Below, piece by piece: positions 49,254 through 58,464 of a stretch of DNA of 64,000 bases. Each line of letters begins with the position of its first letter. Position 1 is the stretch's first letter. This DNA comes from an uncultured Candidatus Rokubacteria bacterium. Its GTDB lineage: Bacteria > Methylomirabilota > Methylomirabilia > Rokubacteriales > CSP1-6. The stretch is from assembly GCA_963758635.1 (NCBI GenBank), contig CAVWWD010000005.1, forward strand, positions 608,001-672,000, given 5' to 3'. The notes beneath the pieces are model-generated. The model searched no databases. It had not been told where the DNA came from and saw nothing but the letters and a program-made list of their open reading frames with translations. Made by a program: the position numbers and the translations under genes.

Positions 49254-49829
49254 ATGAGCCCGGGCGGTCACCTCGTCTGCACCGCGCTGGCGTGCGGAGC
49301 CGTGCACGCCCTCGGCGGCTCGCTCGCCCTCACCGCCGGCGTGGCCGCGGGCGGCGTGCTCATCGACGTCGACCACGTCATCGACTACGTCGTCTTCGAG
49401 CGCCGGCGGGAGCTGTCGCCCGGCGCGTTCCTGCGGCACTACGTCGAGCAGCGCCACCAGCGGGTGGTGCTGATGCTTCACTCCTACGAGCTCCTGGTCG
49501 TCCTGGCCGCGCTGGCGTGGGTCACCGGCTGGGTCGGGCTCTGGGGCTACCTCCTCGGGATGGCGCTCCACCTGCCGCTGGACATCGTGTTCAACGGGCG
49601 GGTGCTGTCGAGGAACCTCCTGCCGTTCTACAGCTTCGCGTACCGCTGGCGAGCGCGCTTCCGCTCGGCGCCGCTCCTCGGCGTGACCGCGCCGACGCCC
49701 GCGCCCGGAGGCTTCTGGCGGAGCTTCTTCGCGGAGTTCTTCCCCGCGCGCCCGGCGCGCGCCGTCACCGCGCCGGCGGCCGCGCGAGCACGTGGCGCCG
49801 GAAGCGAAAGGCGTTTTCCGGCAGCCTGA
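49254..49829 (+). CDS. membrane-bound metal-dependent hydrolase-like protein
   Basis: H..., IDVDH, LHSYE, HLPLD motifs with TM helices. Confidence 0.65.
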   Translation: MSPGGHLVCTALACGAVHALGGSLALTAGVAAGGVLIDVDHVIDYVVFERRRELSPGAFLRHYVEQRHQRVVLMLHSYELLVVLAALAWVTGWVGLWGYLLGMALHLPLDIVFNGRVLSRNLLPFYSFAYRWRARFRSAPLLGVTAPTPAPGGFWRSFFAEFFPARPARAVTAPAAARARGAGSERRFPAA

Positions 49830-50343
49830 GGTCGATCTCGAACCGATCGGGGCCCACCGCCTCGACCTTCGCCACGATCGTGGACATTCCCGGGGACTCG
49901 AACGCCTCCCCCACCGCCTCCATGAACTGATACACCGTGCTCGCCTCCCGCACGCGCGGACAGCCCGCGCCGCGCGCGATGGCGGCGAGGTCGGTGATGC
50001 CCGCCGCGGTGTGCGACGGGAAGCCGCCCGTCGAGAGCAGGCTCCCGTTGTCGAACACGATGTGGGTGAGGCCGGCGGGCTGGTAGCGCGCGAGGGTGGC
50101 GAGCCCGCCCAGGTTCATGAGCACGGACCCGTCGCCGTCCAGCACCACGACCCGCTCCCCGGGCAGGCACAGGGCCAGGCCGAGCCCGACCGACGACGCC
50201 AGCCCCATCGAGTGCTCCAGGTAGAGGAAGCTCTCGCGATGGCCGAGGTCGTAGAGCTCCTGCGCGCACGCGCCCATGATCGTCACGACCAGCCGGTCGC
50301 CCAGCTCCGGATAGAGCGCGGCGAGACAGTCGGCCCGTTTCAT
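49765..50343 (-). CDS. comE: sulfopyruvate/phosphonopyruvate decarboxylase beta-like (TPP-binding)
   Basis: SMGLASSVGLGLA, DGDGSVLMNLG, VFDNG. Confidence 0.75.
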   Translation of the reverse strand: MKRADCLAALYPELGDRLVVTIMGACAQELYDLGHRESFLYLEHSMGLASSVGLGLALCLPGERVVVLDGDGSVLMNLGGLATLARYQPAGLTHIVFDNGSLLSTGGFPSHTAAGITDLAAIARGAGCPRVREASTVYQFMEAVGEAFESPGMSTIVAKVEAVGPDRFEIDLRLPENAFRFRRHVLARPPAR

Positions 50344-50435
50344 GTGATGGGGGGGAGCGGCGCCGCTCCGCCCCCATGCCCCCCCACCACCACGTGCCGC
50401 CGTCGGCGGCGAGGACCCGCACGGTCCGTAAGCAC

Positions 50436-50948
50436 TCAGTCCTCCATCAGGTCGCGGGTGAGCAGGAGGGCCACCGGGGAGAGCGACGACCACGCGAGCG
50501 TCTGCGCCTCCTGGATCTGCCGGCCCACCTTGAGCGGGTCCCGCGCGTACTCGAAGGGCAGCCCGAGGGCGCGGATCACCGGCTCCGTCACGATGCCGCC
50601 CTGGGTGTGCCACGGGTAGGGCTCGCCCCAGTGCCCGCGGTGCGCGATCAGCATGACGAGGGGCACGCGGTAGAGCATGGCCAGCGACACGACCCCGTTG
50701 ACGCTGGCGAGGAAGCCGTGGTTCTGCATGAGGAGCGCGTTCGGGCGGCCGGCCAGGTAGGCGCCGGCCGCGATGCCGATGGCCTCCTCCTCCTTGGCGA
50801 CCTCGATCAGCGTCATCTCCGGATCGTCGTCGGCGAGCTGCAGCAGGTAGACGAGCCACGTCTCGGGCAGCGCGGTCAGGAAGCGGATGCCCGCCGCCTT
50901 GATGCCCTGGTAGATGGCCTTGGAGTTGTCACGCGAGACCGTCGTCAT
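50436..50948 (-). CDS. comD: sulfopyruvate/phosphonopyruvate decarboxylase alpha-like
   Basis: KEEEAIGIAAGAYLAG, LMQNHG, LIAHRG. Confidence 0.75.
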   Translation of the reverse strand: MTTVSRDNSKAIYQGIKAAGIRFLTALPETWLVYLLQLADDDPEMTLIEVAKEEEAIGIAAGAYLAGRPNALLMQNHGFLASVNGVVSLAMLYRVPLVMLIAHRGHWGEPYPWHTQGGIVTEPVIRALGLPFEYARDPLKVGRQIQEAQTLAWSSLSPVALLLTRDLMED

Positions 50949-51044
50949 CGGCGATGACCGTAGCATCCCCGGCGTGTCCGCTCAAGCGAGCCCCCGCCGT
51001 CCCCGCGATCGCGCCCTTGACGGGCCCCGACCCCATCGCGCACT

Positions 51045-52160
51045 ATGCGCGGCAACATGCCGGCATCCGCCTCGTCCTCCGCGATCGTCGTCGGCGCGGG
51101 CGTCGTCGGCGCGTGCGTGGCGCATCGTCTCGCCGCGGCCGGCGCGCGCGTCACCGTGGTCGACGCGGGCGTGCCGGGCAGCGGCGCCTCCGGCGCGAGC
51201 TTCGCCTGGACCAACTCGTTCGGGAAGACACCGCGCGAGTACCACGACCTCAACGTGGCGAGCATGGCCGAGCACGAGCGCCTCGCCGAGGAGCTCGGCG
51301 GCCGCTGGCTCCACCGCACCGGCAACCTCCTGTGGGAGGAGACGCCCGACGCGCAGATGGACCTCCGGCGGACGGCGGACCGGCTGCGCGCGTGGGGCTA
51401 TCCGTTCGAGGTGCTGCGGCCGCGCGAGGCCCTCGAGATCGAGCCCGAGCTGTCCTTCGCCTCCTCCGTGGAGGAGGTCGTGTACCCGGCCCACGAGAGC
51501 TGGGTCGAGGTCGTGCCGATGATCGGCGCGCTGCTCGCCGCCGCCACGCGACGAGGCGCGAGAATGATCACGCGCCAGCGCGTGACCGGGCTGATCATGG
51601 CCGGCGACGGGGTCCGCGGCGTCGTCCTCGCCGACGGCACCCGGCTCGAGGCCGACGTGGTGGTCGACTGCGCCGGCGCCGCGGCCGGCGAGGTGGCGGG
51701 CCTGGCCGCGGCCAGCCTGCCCGTCGCCGCGGAGGCGGGACGGCTCGTGTACACCACGCCCGTGGCCACCGCGCTCTCGCGCCCGATCCACGCGCCCGGC
51801 GTCCACTTCCGGCCCGACGGCGGAGGCCGGATCGTCCTCGCCGAGGACGTCCACGACCTCGTGCTCGACCGCGCGCCGCGCGACGGCTGGACCCCGGAGC
51901 GCTCCGTCGAGGTCGCCGCGCGCTACCTCCCCGCCCTCGCCGGGGCGGCCGTCGAGGCCACGCGCGTCGGTCCCCGGCCCATGCCCCGCGACCGCCATCC
52001 CATCGTGGGGCCCGTGCCCGGCCGGCCCGGGCTCTACGTGGTGGTCTCCCACAGCGGGGTGACGCTGGGTCCGCTGTGGGGCCGAGTGGCCGCGGCGGAG
52101 ATCCTCGGCGGCGAGCCCGACCCGCGTCTCGCGAGCTTCCGCGCCACGCGATTCGCCTGA
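51045..52160 (+). CDS. FAD-dependent oxidoreductase (DAO family)
   Basis: VVGAGVVG, GASGASFAW, RPMPRDRHPIVG, HSGVTLGP. Confidence 0.9.
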   Translation: MRGNMPASASSSAIVVGAGVVGACVAHRLAAAGARVTVVDAGVPGSGASGASFAWTNSFGKTPREYHDLNVASMAEHERLAEELGGRWLHRTGNLLWEETPDAQMDLRRTADRLRAWGYPFEVLRPREALEIEPELSFASSVEEVVYPAHESWVEVVPMIGALLAAATRRGARMITRQRVTGLIMAGDGVRGVVLADGTRLEADVVVDCAGAAAGEVAGLAAASLPVAAEAGRLVYTTPVATALSRPIHAPGVHFRPDGGGRIVLAEDVHDLVLDRAPRDGWTPERSVEVAARYLPALAGAAVEATRVGPRPMPRDRHPIVGPVPGRPGLYVVVSHSGVTLGPLWGRVAAAEILGGEPDPRLASFRATRFA

Positions 52161-52185
52161 CCGGCGGCCCGCGCGGACCCGGGCC

Positions 52186-53731
52186 TTACATCACCGGGCC
52201 GATGATCCAGGGCGCGAACTCCTCCTCGCCCACCCCGGACAGCTCGCTCTTGCTCCGCTTGCCCGAGGCCACCGCGACCATCTCCTCGAAGATCTGACGC
52301 CCCACCTCGGGCAGCGGCGTGCCCTCGAGGATGACGCCGCAGTTGATGTCCATGTCCTCCTCCATGTGGCGGTACATCAACGAGTTCGTCGCCAGCTTGA
52401 TGGAGGGCACGGGCTTGCACCCGAATACCGAGCCGCGGCCGGTGGTGAAGCAGATGATGTTGCAACCGCCGGCCACCAGCCCCGTGATCGAGACGGGATC
52501 GTGGCCCGGCGTGTCCATGAACACGAAGCCGCGGGTGCTGATGGGCTCGCCGTACTGGAACACGTCCATCATCGGCGTGGTGCCGCCCTTGGTGACGCCG
52601 CCCAGCGACTTCTCGAACACGGTGGTGATGCCGCCCGCCTTGTTGCCGGGGGCGGGGTTGTTGTCCATCGCGTCGATGCCCCGGCAGTACCACTCCCACC
52701 ACTTGTAGCGGTCGATGAGCTTCTTGGCCACGCCCTCGTTGATGGCGCGACGGATCAGGAGGTGCTCGGCGCCGTAGATCTCCGGCGTCTCGGCGAGGAC
52801 GCCGGTGCCTCCGTACCGCACCAGCTCGTCCAGCGCCCAGCCCAGCGCGGGGTTCGCGGTGATGCCCGAGCTCCCGTCCGAGCCGCCGCAGTTGGTGGCG
52901 AGGGTCAGCTCCGACACCGGCTGCTTGCTGCGCCGCGCCTCGTTGGCCCACGGCAGCAGCTTGGCCACCTCGGCCACCGCCGTCTCCACCGTCTTCCGGA
53001 TGCCTCCCGCCTCCTGGATGTTCACGAGGAACGGCTTCCGCTCCGGGTGGCCGGGCGCGGCCATGCGCTGCTTGTCCACCATGACCGCGGCCTGGTTCGT
53101 CTCGCAGCCCAGGCCGACCAGGATGTAGGCGGCCACGTTCGGATGCTTCGCGTAGCCGGCAAGCACACGCTGGAGGGCCATGTGGTCCTCGCCGAAGAGC
53201 TTGGTGCCGCAGCCGGACTTGTGGGTGATGGCGAGCACGCCGTCGATGTTCGGGTAGTCCTTCTGGACGTCCCGGAACCGGTCCTTCACGAACTGGCTGA
53301 CGCTCGCCGAGCAGTTCACGCCGGAGATGATCGCCACGTAGTTGCGCGTGCCGACCCGCCCGTCGTCGCGCTTGTAGCCGTCGAAGTGACGCATCTTCTC
53401 GGGCGGGTAGAAGTCCACCGGCGTGACGTCCACGCCGATCTCGTAGCGGTCGGCGGACAGCTCGCCGATGCCCAGGTTGTGCGTGTGCACGTGGTCGCCC
53501 ACCGCGATGTCCGAGGTGGCGAAGCCGATCACCTGGCCGTAGCGCCGGACCGCCTCGCCCGTTCCGCGCGCGCGGCGAGCCACCTTGTGGCCGGGCCGGA
53601 TGTCCTGCCGCGCCTCGATACGGTCCGCCGTCCTCCAGCACGGTGCCGGCGGCGATCGGACGCTTGGCGATGGCAACGTCGTCCTCGGGCCTGAGGATGA
53701 TGGCGAGCTCGGTGATCGCGTGGGTGGCCAT
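52186..53731 (-). CDS. UxaA/GarD/SuyAB-family Fe-S dehydratase (frameshift near 53625)
   Basis: SAF domain (DDVAIA, GHKVAR, HVHTHN), GRVGTRNY, NCGGSDG, NNPAPGNKAGG, FTTGRGS. Confidence 0.9.
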
Positions 53732-53773
53732 GGACGCTCCTCCTGGGCGAGATCGGGTCGCCGCCGAGTCTAA

Positions 53774-53812
53774 CACCATGGGGCGGGCACCCGGGCTTCG
53801 CCCGCCCGCCCC
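53774..53812. repeat. Palindromic repeat family D (39 bp)
   Basis: CACCATGGGGCGGGCACCCGGGCTTCGCCCGCCCGCCCC; identical to the reverse complement of 36960-36998. Confidence 0.85.
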
Positions 53813-54060
53813 CTGCGGGCTTGGCACTCGGGGGGCGACGGCACGCGGGGCGCCCGCCCCCTGCGGGCCTGGCCTCGGGGGGCGACGGCAGCGGGGCGCC
53901 CGCTCCCTGCAGGCCTGGCCTCGGGGGGCGACGGCAGCGGGGCGCCCGCCCCCTGCGGGCCTGGCCTCGAGGCGGCGGCCACGGCAACGCGCGCGCCCCC
54001 CCCGGCGGCCTGGGTCTCGGGGCGACCACGGCAGCGCGGGTGTCCGCCTGCCGCGGCGGC
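53803..54060. repeat. 46-48 bp GC-rich tandem repeat array
   Basis: Units CGCCCGCCCCCTGCGGGCCTGGCCTCGGGGGGCGACGGCAGCGGGG at 53803, 53851, 53897 and 53943, then degenerate. Confidence 0.9.
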
Positions 54061-54083
54061 GGCTTCGGGGCTGCGCGGCCTGC

Positions 54084-55064
54084 CTATCGGGGGCGGTAGG
54101 CCTCGATGGTGTCGAGGATGCGGCGGCGGACGGCGGCCCGGGTGGCGGGATCCGACAGGTCGCGGGCGATCGCGTCGTCCTCGATCTCGTGCATCTTCAC
54201 GAAGCGCGGGGGCTGGCCGGGGGGCGTCTTCTCGGCGAACGGGGCGGCGCCGGCGAGGACCTCGTCCCACACCTCGCGCAGGAGGGCCCAGAACGCCTGG
54301 CGCGGCCGGGCGAAGGACTGGGCGGTCGCGCACTCGGCGTCGGGGAGCTTCACGTACCAGGTCTTGCCGAGCTCACGCACGAGCGGCCGGCGGCCCTCCG
54401 GGCCGTCGATGGTCTTGACGTTGTCCTGGCGCTCCAGCCAGCTCCCGCCGTAGGCGACGATGCGCGTGGTCCGCTGGAGCGCGTTGTAGTCCGAGCGCCG
54501 CATGTCGCGCGTCTCGCGGCCGGGCACCGGCGCGTAGTTCGCGCACGTCCACTCCGGATACGCGGTGTCGCTCGACCAGCGCGCCGCGCACTGATACCGC
54601 GGCCCCTCGTCGAGGTTGGTCACCCGCCTCGTCCAGAGACCCGGCGTGGCGCGGAGATCCTTCACGTGCCACACGTAGGGGCTCACGAAGTCGTACAGGA
54701 ACGGCGCGTCGAGCTCCCAGTCCTCGGTCTGGTGCTTGATCGCGGTGCCGGCGCGGACGACGCCGTCGAGGCCGGCCAGGAACAGGATGCGCTGGAGGCG
54801 CACGCGGCGGGCCGACACGGGCTCGACAGTGATCCACTCCTTCGCCGACTTGTCGCGGTTGACGTCGTAGACGCGGGGATCGCGCGTGTAGCCCGGCGCC
54901 AGGCTGTCCGTCTCGACGTAGCTGTAGTCGACGAGGAAACATCCGGCCATGCTGTGGAGGGCCGCGAGGCCACGGTCACGCGCGGAGTCCGCAGCCCAGG
55001 TCGCCGCACCCCACAACGCGACGGGAACCAGCAGGGCCGCCGCCACCAGTATCCGGAGGAGCAT
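54084..55064 (-). CDS. DUF6607-like exported protein
   Basis: Signal peptide; MAGCFLVDYSYVET, IKHQTEDW, DEGPRY, RRSDYNAL, ERQDNVK. Confidence 0.65.
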   Translation of the reverse strand: MLLRILVAAALLVPVALWGAATWAADSARDRGLAALHSMAGCFLVDYSYVETDSLAPGYTRDPRVYDVNRDKSAKEWITVEPVSARRVRLQRILFLAGLDGVVRAGTAIKHQTEDWELDAPFLYDFVSPYVWHVKDLRATPGLWTRRVTNLDEGPRYQCAARWSSDTAYPEWTCANYAPVPGRETRDMRRSDYNALQRTTRIVAYGGSWLERQDNVKTIDGPEGRRPLVRELGKTWYVKLPDAECATAQSFARPRQAFWALLREVWDEVLAGAAPFAEKTPPGQPPRFVKMHEIEDDAIARDLSDPATRAAVRRRILDTIEAYRPR

Positions 55065-55129
55065 CGATGTCCACCTCGTCTCGGAGATCGTCTCCCGTGG
55101 CTGGGTGCGCCGGGCGCCTGGCTGCAGGG

Positions 55130-55790
55130 CTACGTACCGTCGAGGGTCCTCCCGGCGCGCAGACCTGTCAATCGGCTGCGCGCCCTCCGGCGAAACCGCA
55201 GGAGGTCGCGGCTCACCGCCTCGGCGCTGAAGCGCTCCGACTCGAAGGGCTCCCCGAGCCACTCGATCAGCTCCCGCCGCCTGGCGTGGCGTGGGTTGGC
55301 CATCGCCTTGACCAGGTCGGTGTAGCCGGGGTAGCCGCCGCAGTCCTCGGGCGGACACGCCCGCGCGCCCGCGAGGCACACCGGGTAATGCTGGCCGGGC
55401 GCGGGAGACAGGATCTTCTCCACGCGGATGTCGTGCTGCCAGCCGTCGCCGAAGTCGTAGGTGTACTCGATCTCCGTCCCCACGGCGGGAGCGATGTCGG
55501 CCAGCGTGAAGCGGCGCTCGTTCAGGAACGTCGTCCTCGAACTCCTTCCACTCGCGCGCGCTGGTGCCGTAGCGGCGGCCGCCCACGACGAACTCGTGGA
55601 GGTGGTAGTTCTCCCATCCCATCACACGCTGGACCATGAGGTGGAGGCGATCGAGCGTGGTGCTGGCCGGGACCTGGAACCGACGCCAGATCGGCGGGCG
55701 GATCGCGCGGAGGGCGATCGTGAGCTGGTACACCATCGGCGGGCCGCCGCCTCGCACCAGACGTAGCCGTCCCCGCGACGTTCCCCGCAT
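55130..55790 (-). CDS. plasmid pRiA4b ORF-3 family protein (frameshift near 55528)
   Basis: PPIWRRFQVP, MGWENYHLHEF, then YTYDFGDGWQH and ACPPEDCGGYPGY. Confidence 0.9.
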
Positions 55791-55838
55791 GCGGCCGCAG
55801 TATAGCAATCGCGCGCGGCGAAACGGGCTCGACGCGCG

Positions 55839-55867
55839 TTGACAGCTTCGGGGCGGGTGCCTAGACT
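55839..55867 (+). promoter_or_regulatory. sigma70 promoter of aldolase gene
   Basis: TTGACA-17 nt-TAGACT. Confidence 0.7.
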
Positions 55868-55893
55868 CCGGCCCCGTGACGACGACCTCGTCC

Positions 55894-55990
55894 GAGATCG
55901 TGAATGGATGGCGAGACGGCACGCCGCGAGTCCGCAGAAGCGCGGTGTTGGCCCGCTTGCTGAAACCGAAACCCGCATTCCTTCACAACC
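55894..55990 (+). repeat. Dispersed repeat family C
   Basis: GAGATCGTGAATGGATGGCGAGACGGCACGCCGCG...TTCCTTCACAACC. Confidence 0.85.
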
Positions 55991-56008
55991 AGTCCGAGGA
56001 GGCCTGAC

Positions 56009-56797
56009 ATGGCGACGCTACGGAACACGGTGAAAGAACGGCTGGCCGCGGGGCAGCTCGCGCTCGGCCTCGGACTCAGGCAGGCGCGCACGGTGGACAT
56101 CGGGCGCGTGCTCGCCGCGTGCGGCTACGACTTCGCCTTCATCGACATGGAGCACAACACGATGGGCATCGACGTGGCCGCCCAGATCGCCGTGGCCTGC
56201 CACGACGCGGGCGTGGCGCCGCTCGTCCGCGTGCCCGGCTACGAGCACTACCTCGCCACGCGGCTCCTCGACGCGGGCGCCATGGGCATCGTGTTCCCCC
56301 ACGTCGACACCGCGGAGCACGCGCGCCGGCTCGTGGACAACTGCAAGTACCCGCCGATGGGCCATCGCTCGCTCGGCGGACCCATGGCCCAGCTCGGCTT
56401 CCGCCCGGTGCCCCGCGCCGAGTCCACCGAGATCGTGAACCGCGAGACGCTGCTCGTGATGATGCTGGAGACGCCCGAGGCCATCGCGAACGCCGGCGCC
56501 ATCGCCGCGGTGCCCGGCGTCGACGTGCTCCTGATCGGCACCAACGACCTCACCCTCGAGATGGGCATCCCGGGCAAGTACGACGACCCGCGCGTGGTCG
56601 ACGCGTACCGGGAGGTCGTGGCCGCGTGCCGCGCGCACGGCAAGCACGCGGGGATGGGCGGCATCTACGACAATCCCTCGATGGAGAGGTACATCCGGCT
56701 CGGGGCCCGGTTCATCCTGGGCGGCAGCGACATCACGTTCCTCATGGCCGGCGCCCAGGCGCGCGCCGACTTCCTCCGGGGGCTGTCTCTCTCGTGA
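56009..56797 (+). CDS. HpcH/HpaI aldolase family protein
   Basis: FIDMEH, LLDAGAMGIVFPHV, KYPPMGHR, MLET, IGTNDL. Confidence 0.95.
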   Translation: MATLRNTVKERLAAGQLALGLGLRQARTVDIGRVLAACGYDFAFIDMEHNTMGIDVAAQIAVACHDAGVAPLVRVPGYEHYLATRLLDAGAMGIVFPHVDTAEHARRLVDNCKYPPMGHRSLGGPMAQLGFRPVPRAESTEIVNRETLLVMMLETPEAIANAGAIAAVPGVDVLLIGTNDLTLEMGIPGKYDDPRVVDAYREVVAACRAHGKHAGMGGIYDNPSMERYIRLGARFILGGSDITFLMAGAQARADFLRGLSLS

Positions 56798-56878
56798 GCA
56801 CCCGCGCATCAGACTGATGCCGAGCGGTGGGACGGTAGAGGCCCGTGGCGGTTATTGCACTCTGCGAGGGGTCATGAG
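56791..56878 (-). repeat. Dispersed repeat family A (inverted copy)
   Basis: Reverse complement CTCATGACCCCTCGCAGAG...GCCACGGGCCTCTACCGTCCCACCGCTCGGCATCAGTCTGATGCGCGGGTGCTCACGAG. Confidence 0.85.
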
Positions 56879-56924
56879 CCCGGCGCGGCCGCTCGAGCGC
56901 GCGAGCGGTGCTAGACTCGCGGCC

Positions 56925-57766
56925 ATGAGCCCACAGAGCGATCTCCGCGACGGCACCGTGTCGGCCAACGGCCTCACCTTCCACTACGTCGAGTCCGGGA
57001 ATCCCGCGGGGCGGCCCATCGTGCTGCTCCACGGCATCACCGGGCACGCGCGCACCTGGGACCGGCTGGCCCCGGATCTCGGCCACGCCTTCCGGGTCAT
57101 CGCCCTCGACCAGCGCGGCCACGGCGACAGCCACCCCGCCGCCGACGGCGACTACTCGACGGCGGCGATGGCGGGAGACCTCGGCGCGGTGGCCGACGCG
57201 CTCGGCCTTCACACGTTCACGCTCCTCGGCCTGTCCATGGGCGGGCGCGTGGCCATCGCCTTCGCGGGAACGCACCCGGCGCGAGTGGACCGCCTCGTGA
57301 TCGTGGACATCGGGCCGGACATCCACCTGCCCGGGCGGGAGCGCGTGCGCAGCATGATGGCCGGCGCGTCGGAGCGCATCGAGTCGGTCGAGCAGGCCAT
57401 GGAGTACATCCGGCGGGCGAACCCGCGCTACGACGAGGCGGAGCTCCGCCACCGCGTGACGCACGGCCTCAAGCGTCTGCCCGACGGCACGCTCGCCTGG
57501 AAGTACGACCGCGCGCTGCGCGAGATGATGCGGTCGGGCGGGCGGCGGGAGGAGATGGACCTCTGGGGGCCGCTCGGGCGGATCGCCTGCCCCACCCTGG
57601 TCGTGCGCGGCGCGGAGAGCGACATCCTCTCGCCGGAGATCGCCAAGCGGATGATGGACACGCTGCGCGAGGGACGCCTGGTGGAGATCCCGAGGCCGGC
57701 CACACCGTGCCGGGCGACCAGCCCGCGGCCTTCGCCGCCGCGGTCCGGTCGTTCCTGGGGGTCTGA
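56925..57766 (+). CDS. alpha/beta fold hydrolase (frameshift near 57691)
   Basis: LLHGITG, DQRGHGDS, GLSMGG; the catalytic His segment AGHTVPGDQP lies in the shifted frame. Confidence 0.9.
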
Positions 57767-58464
57767 CCCCGGCCGCCTGACCCCAAGGGGGCGACGCTTC
57801 CCTCCGGCAGCGAACCGTCGACGCGGCCGCGGAGCTTCCGCGCCGCCTCCGCGCGCATCACCTGCATCGCCCGCGTCTCCTGGTCGGAGTAGCGCTCCTC
57901 CTGCCAGGGATCGGCGCGCATGTGGTAGCCGTTCAGCTCCCAGAACCCGGGCGGGTTCACGTCGAGGAACTCGAAGCCGCGGAGCCACTTCGCGCTCTTC
58001 CAGAAGTAGAGCTTCGGCACGACGAGGCGGAGCGGCCCGCCGTGCTCCGGCGTGAGGTCCTGGCCGTCGTGCTTCGTGGCCAGCAGCACGTCGTCGTCGA
58101 GGAGGTCCTCGATCGCGAGGTTCGTCGTGTAGTCCGGGTCGGCGTGGACGAGGACGTGCGTGGCGCCCGGCGTGACCCGGGCCCGGCGAAGGATCTCGCG
58201 GAACGGGACGCCCTCGAAGCGGTTGTCCAGGCGCGACCAGTGCGTCACGCAGTGGATGTCGCACGTGACCTCGGCGCGCGGCAGGGCCAGGAACTCCGGC
58301 CAGGTCCAGCTCACCTCCTGCTCGACCAGGCCGAAGCACCGGAACCGCCACGTCGTGGGATCGAACCGGGGCGTGAGCCCGTAGGTGAGGACGGGCCACT
58401 TGGTCGTGAGCACCTGGCCCGGGGGGGTGCGCGCCGCCTCGTCGCCGGAGGGCCGGGTCTTCAC
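57469..58464 (-). CDS. sulfite oxidase-like molybdopterin oxidoreductase (3' end uncertain; homology ends near 57820)
   Basis: PPGQVLTTKWPVL, DIHCVTHWS, EHGGPLRLVVPKLYFWKSAKW, GFWELNGYH. Confidence 0.85.
   Translation of the reverse strand: MKTRPSGDEAARTPPGQVLTTKWPVLTYGLTPRFDPTTWRFRCFGLVEQEVSWTWPEFLALPRAEVTCDIHCVTHWSRLDNRFEGVPFREILRRARVTPGATHVLVHADPDYTTNLAIEDLLDDDVLLATKHDGQDLTPEHGGPLRLVVPKLYFWKSAKWLRGFEFLDVNPPGFWELNGYHMRADPWQEERYSDQETRAMQVMRAEAARKLRGRVDGSLPEGSVAPLGSGGRGQTPRNDRTAAAKAAGWSPGTVWPASGSPPGVPRAACPSSAWRSPARGCRSPRRARPGWGRRSARAAPRGPSPPAARPTASSRAARGRTSRRACRRADA

Noticed and set aside
53803..54060. Tandem array as a CRISPR
   Set aside because: Units are contiguous with no unique spacers
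54084..55922. 612-aa pRiA4b-DUF6607 fusion
   Set aside because: The frameshift near 55528 joins two separate genes; the second has its own signal peptide
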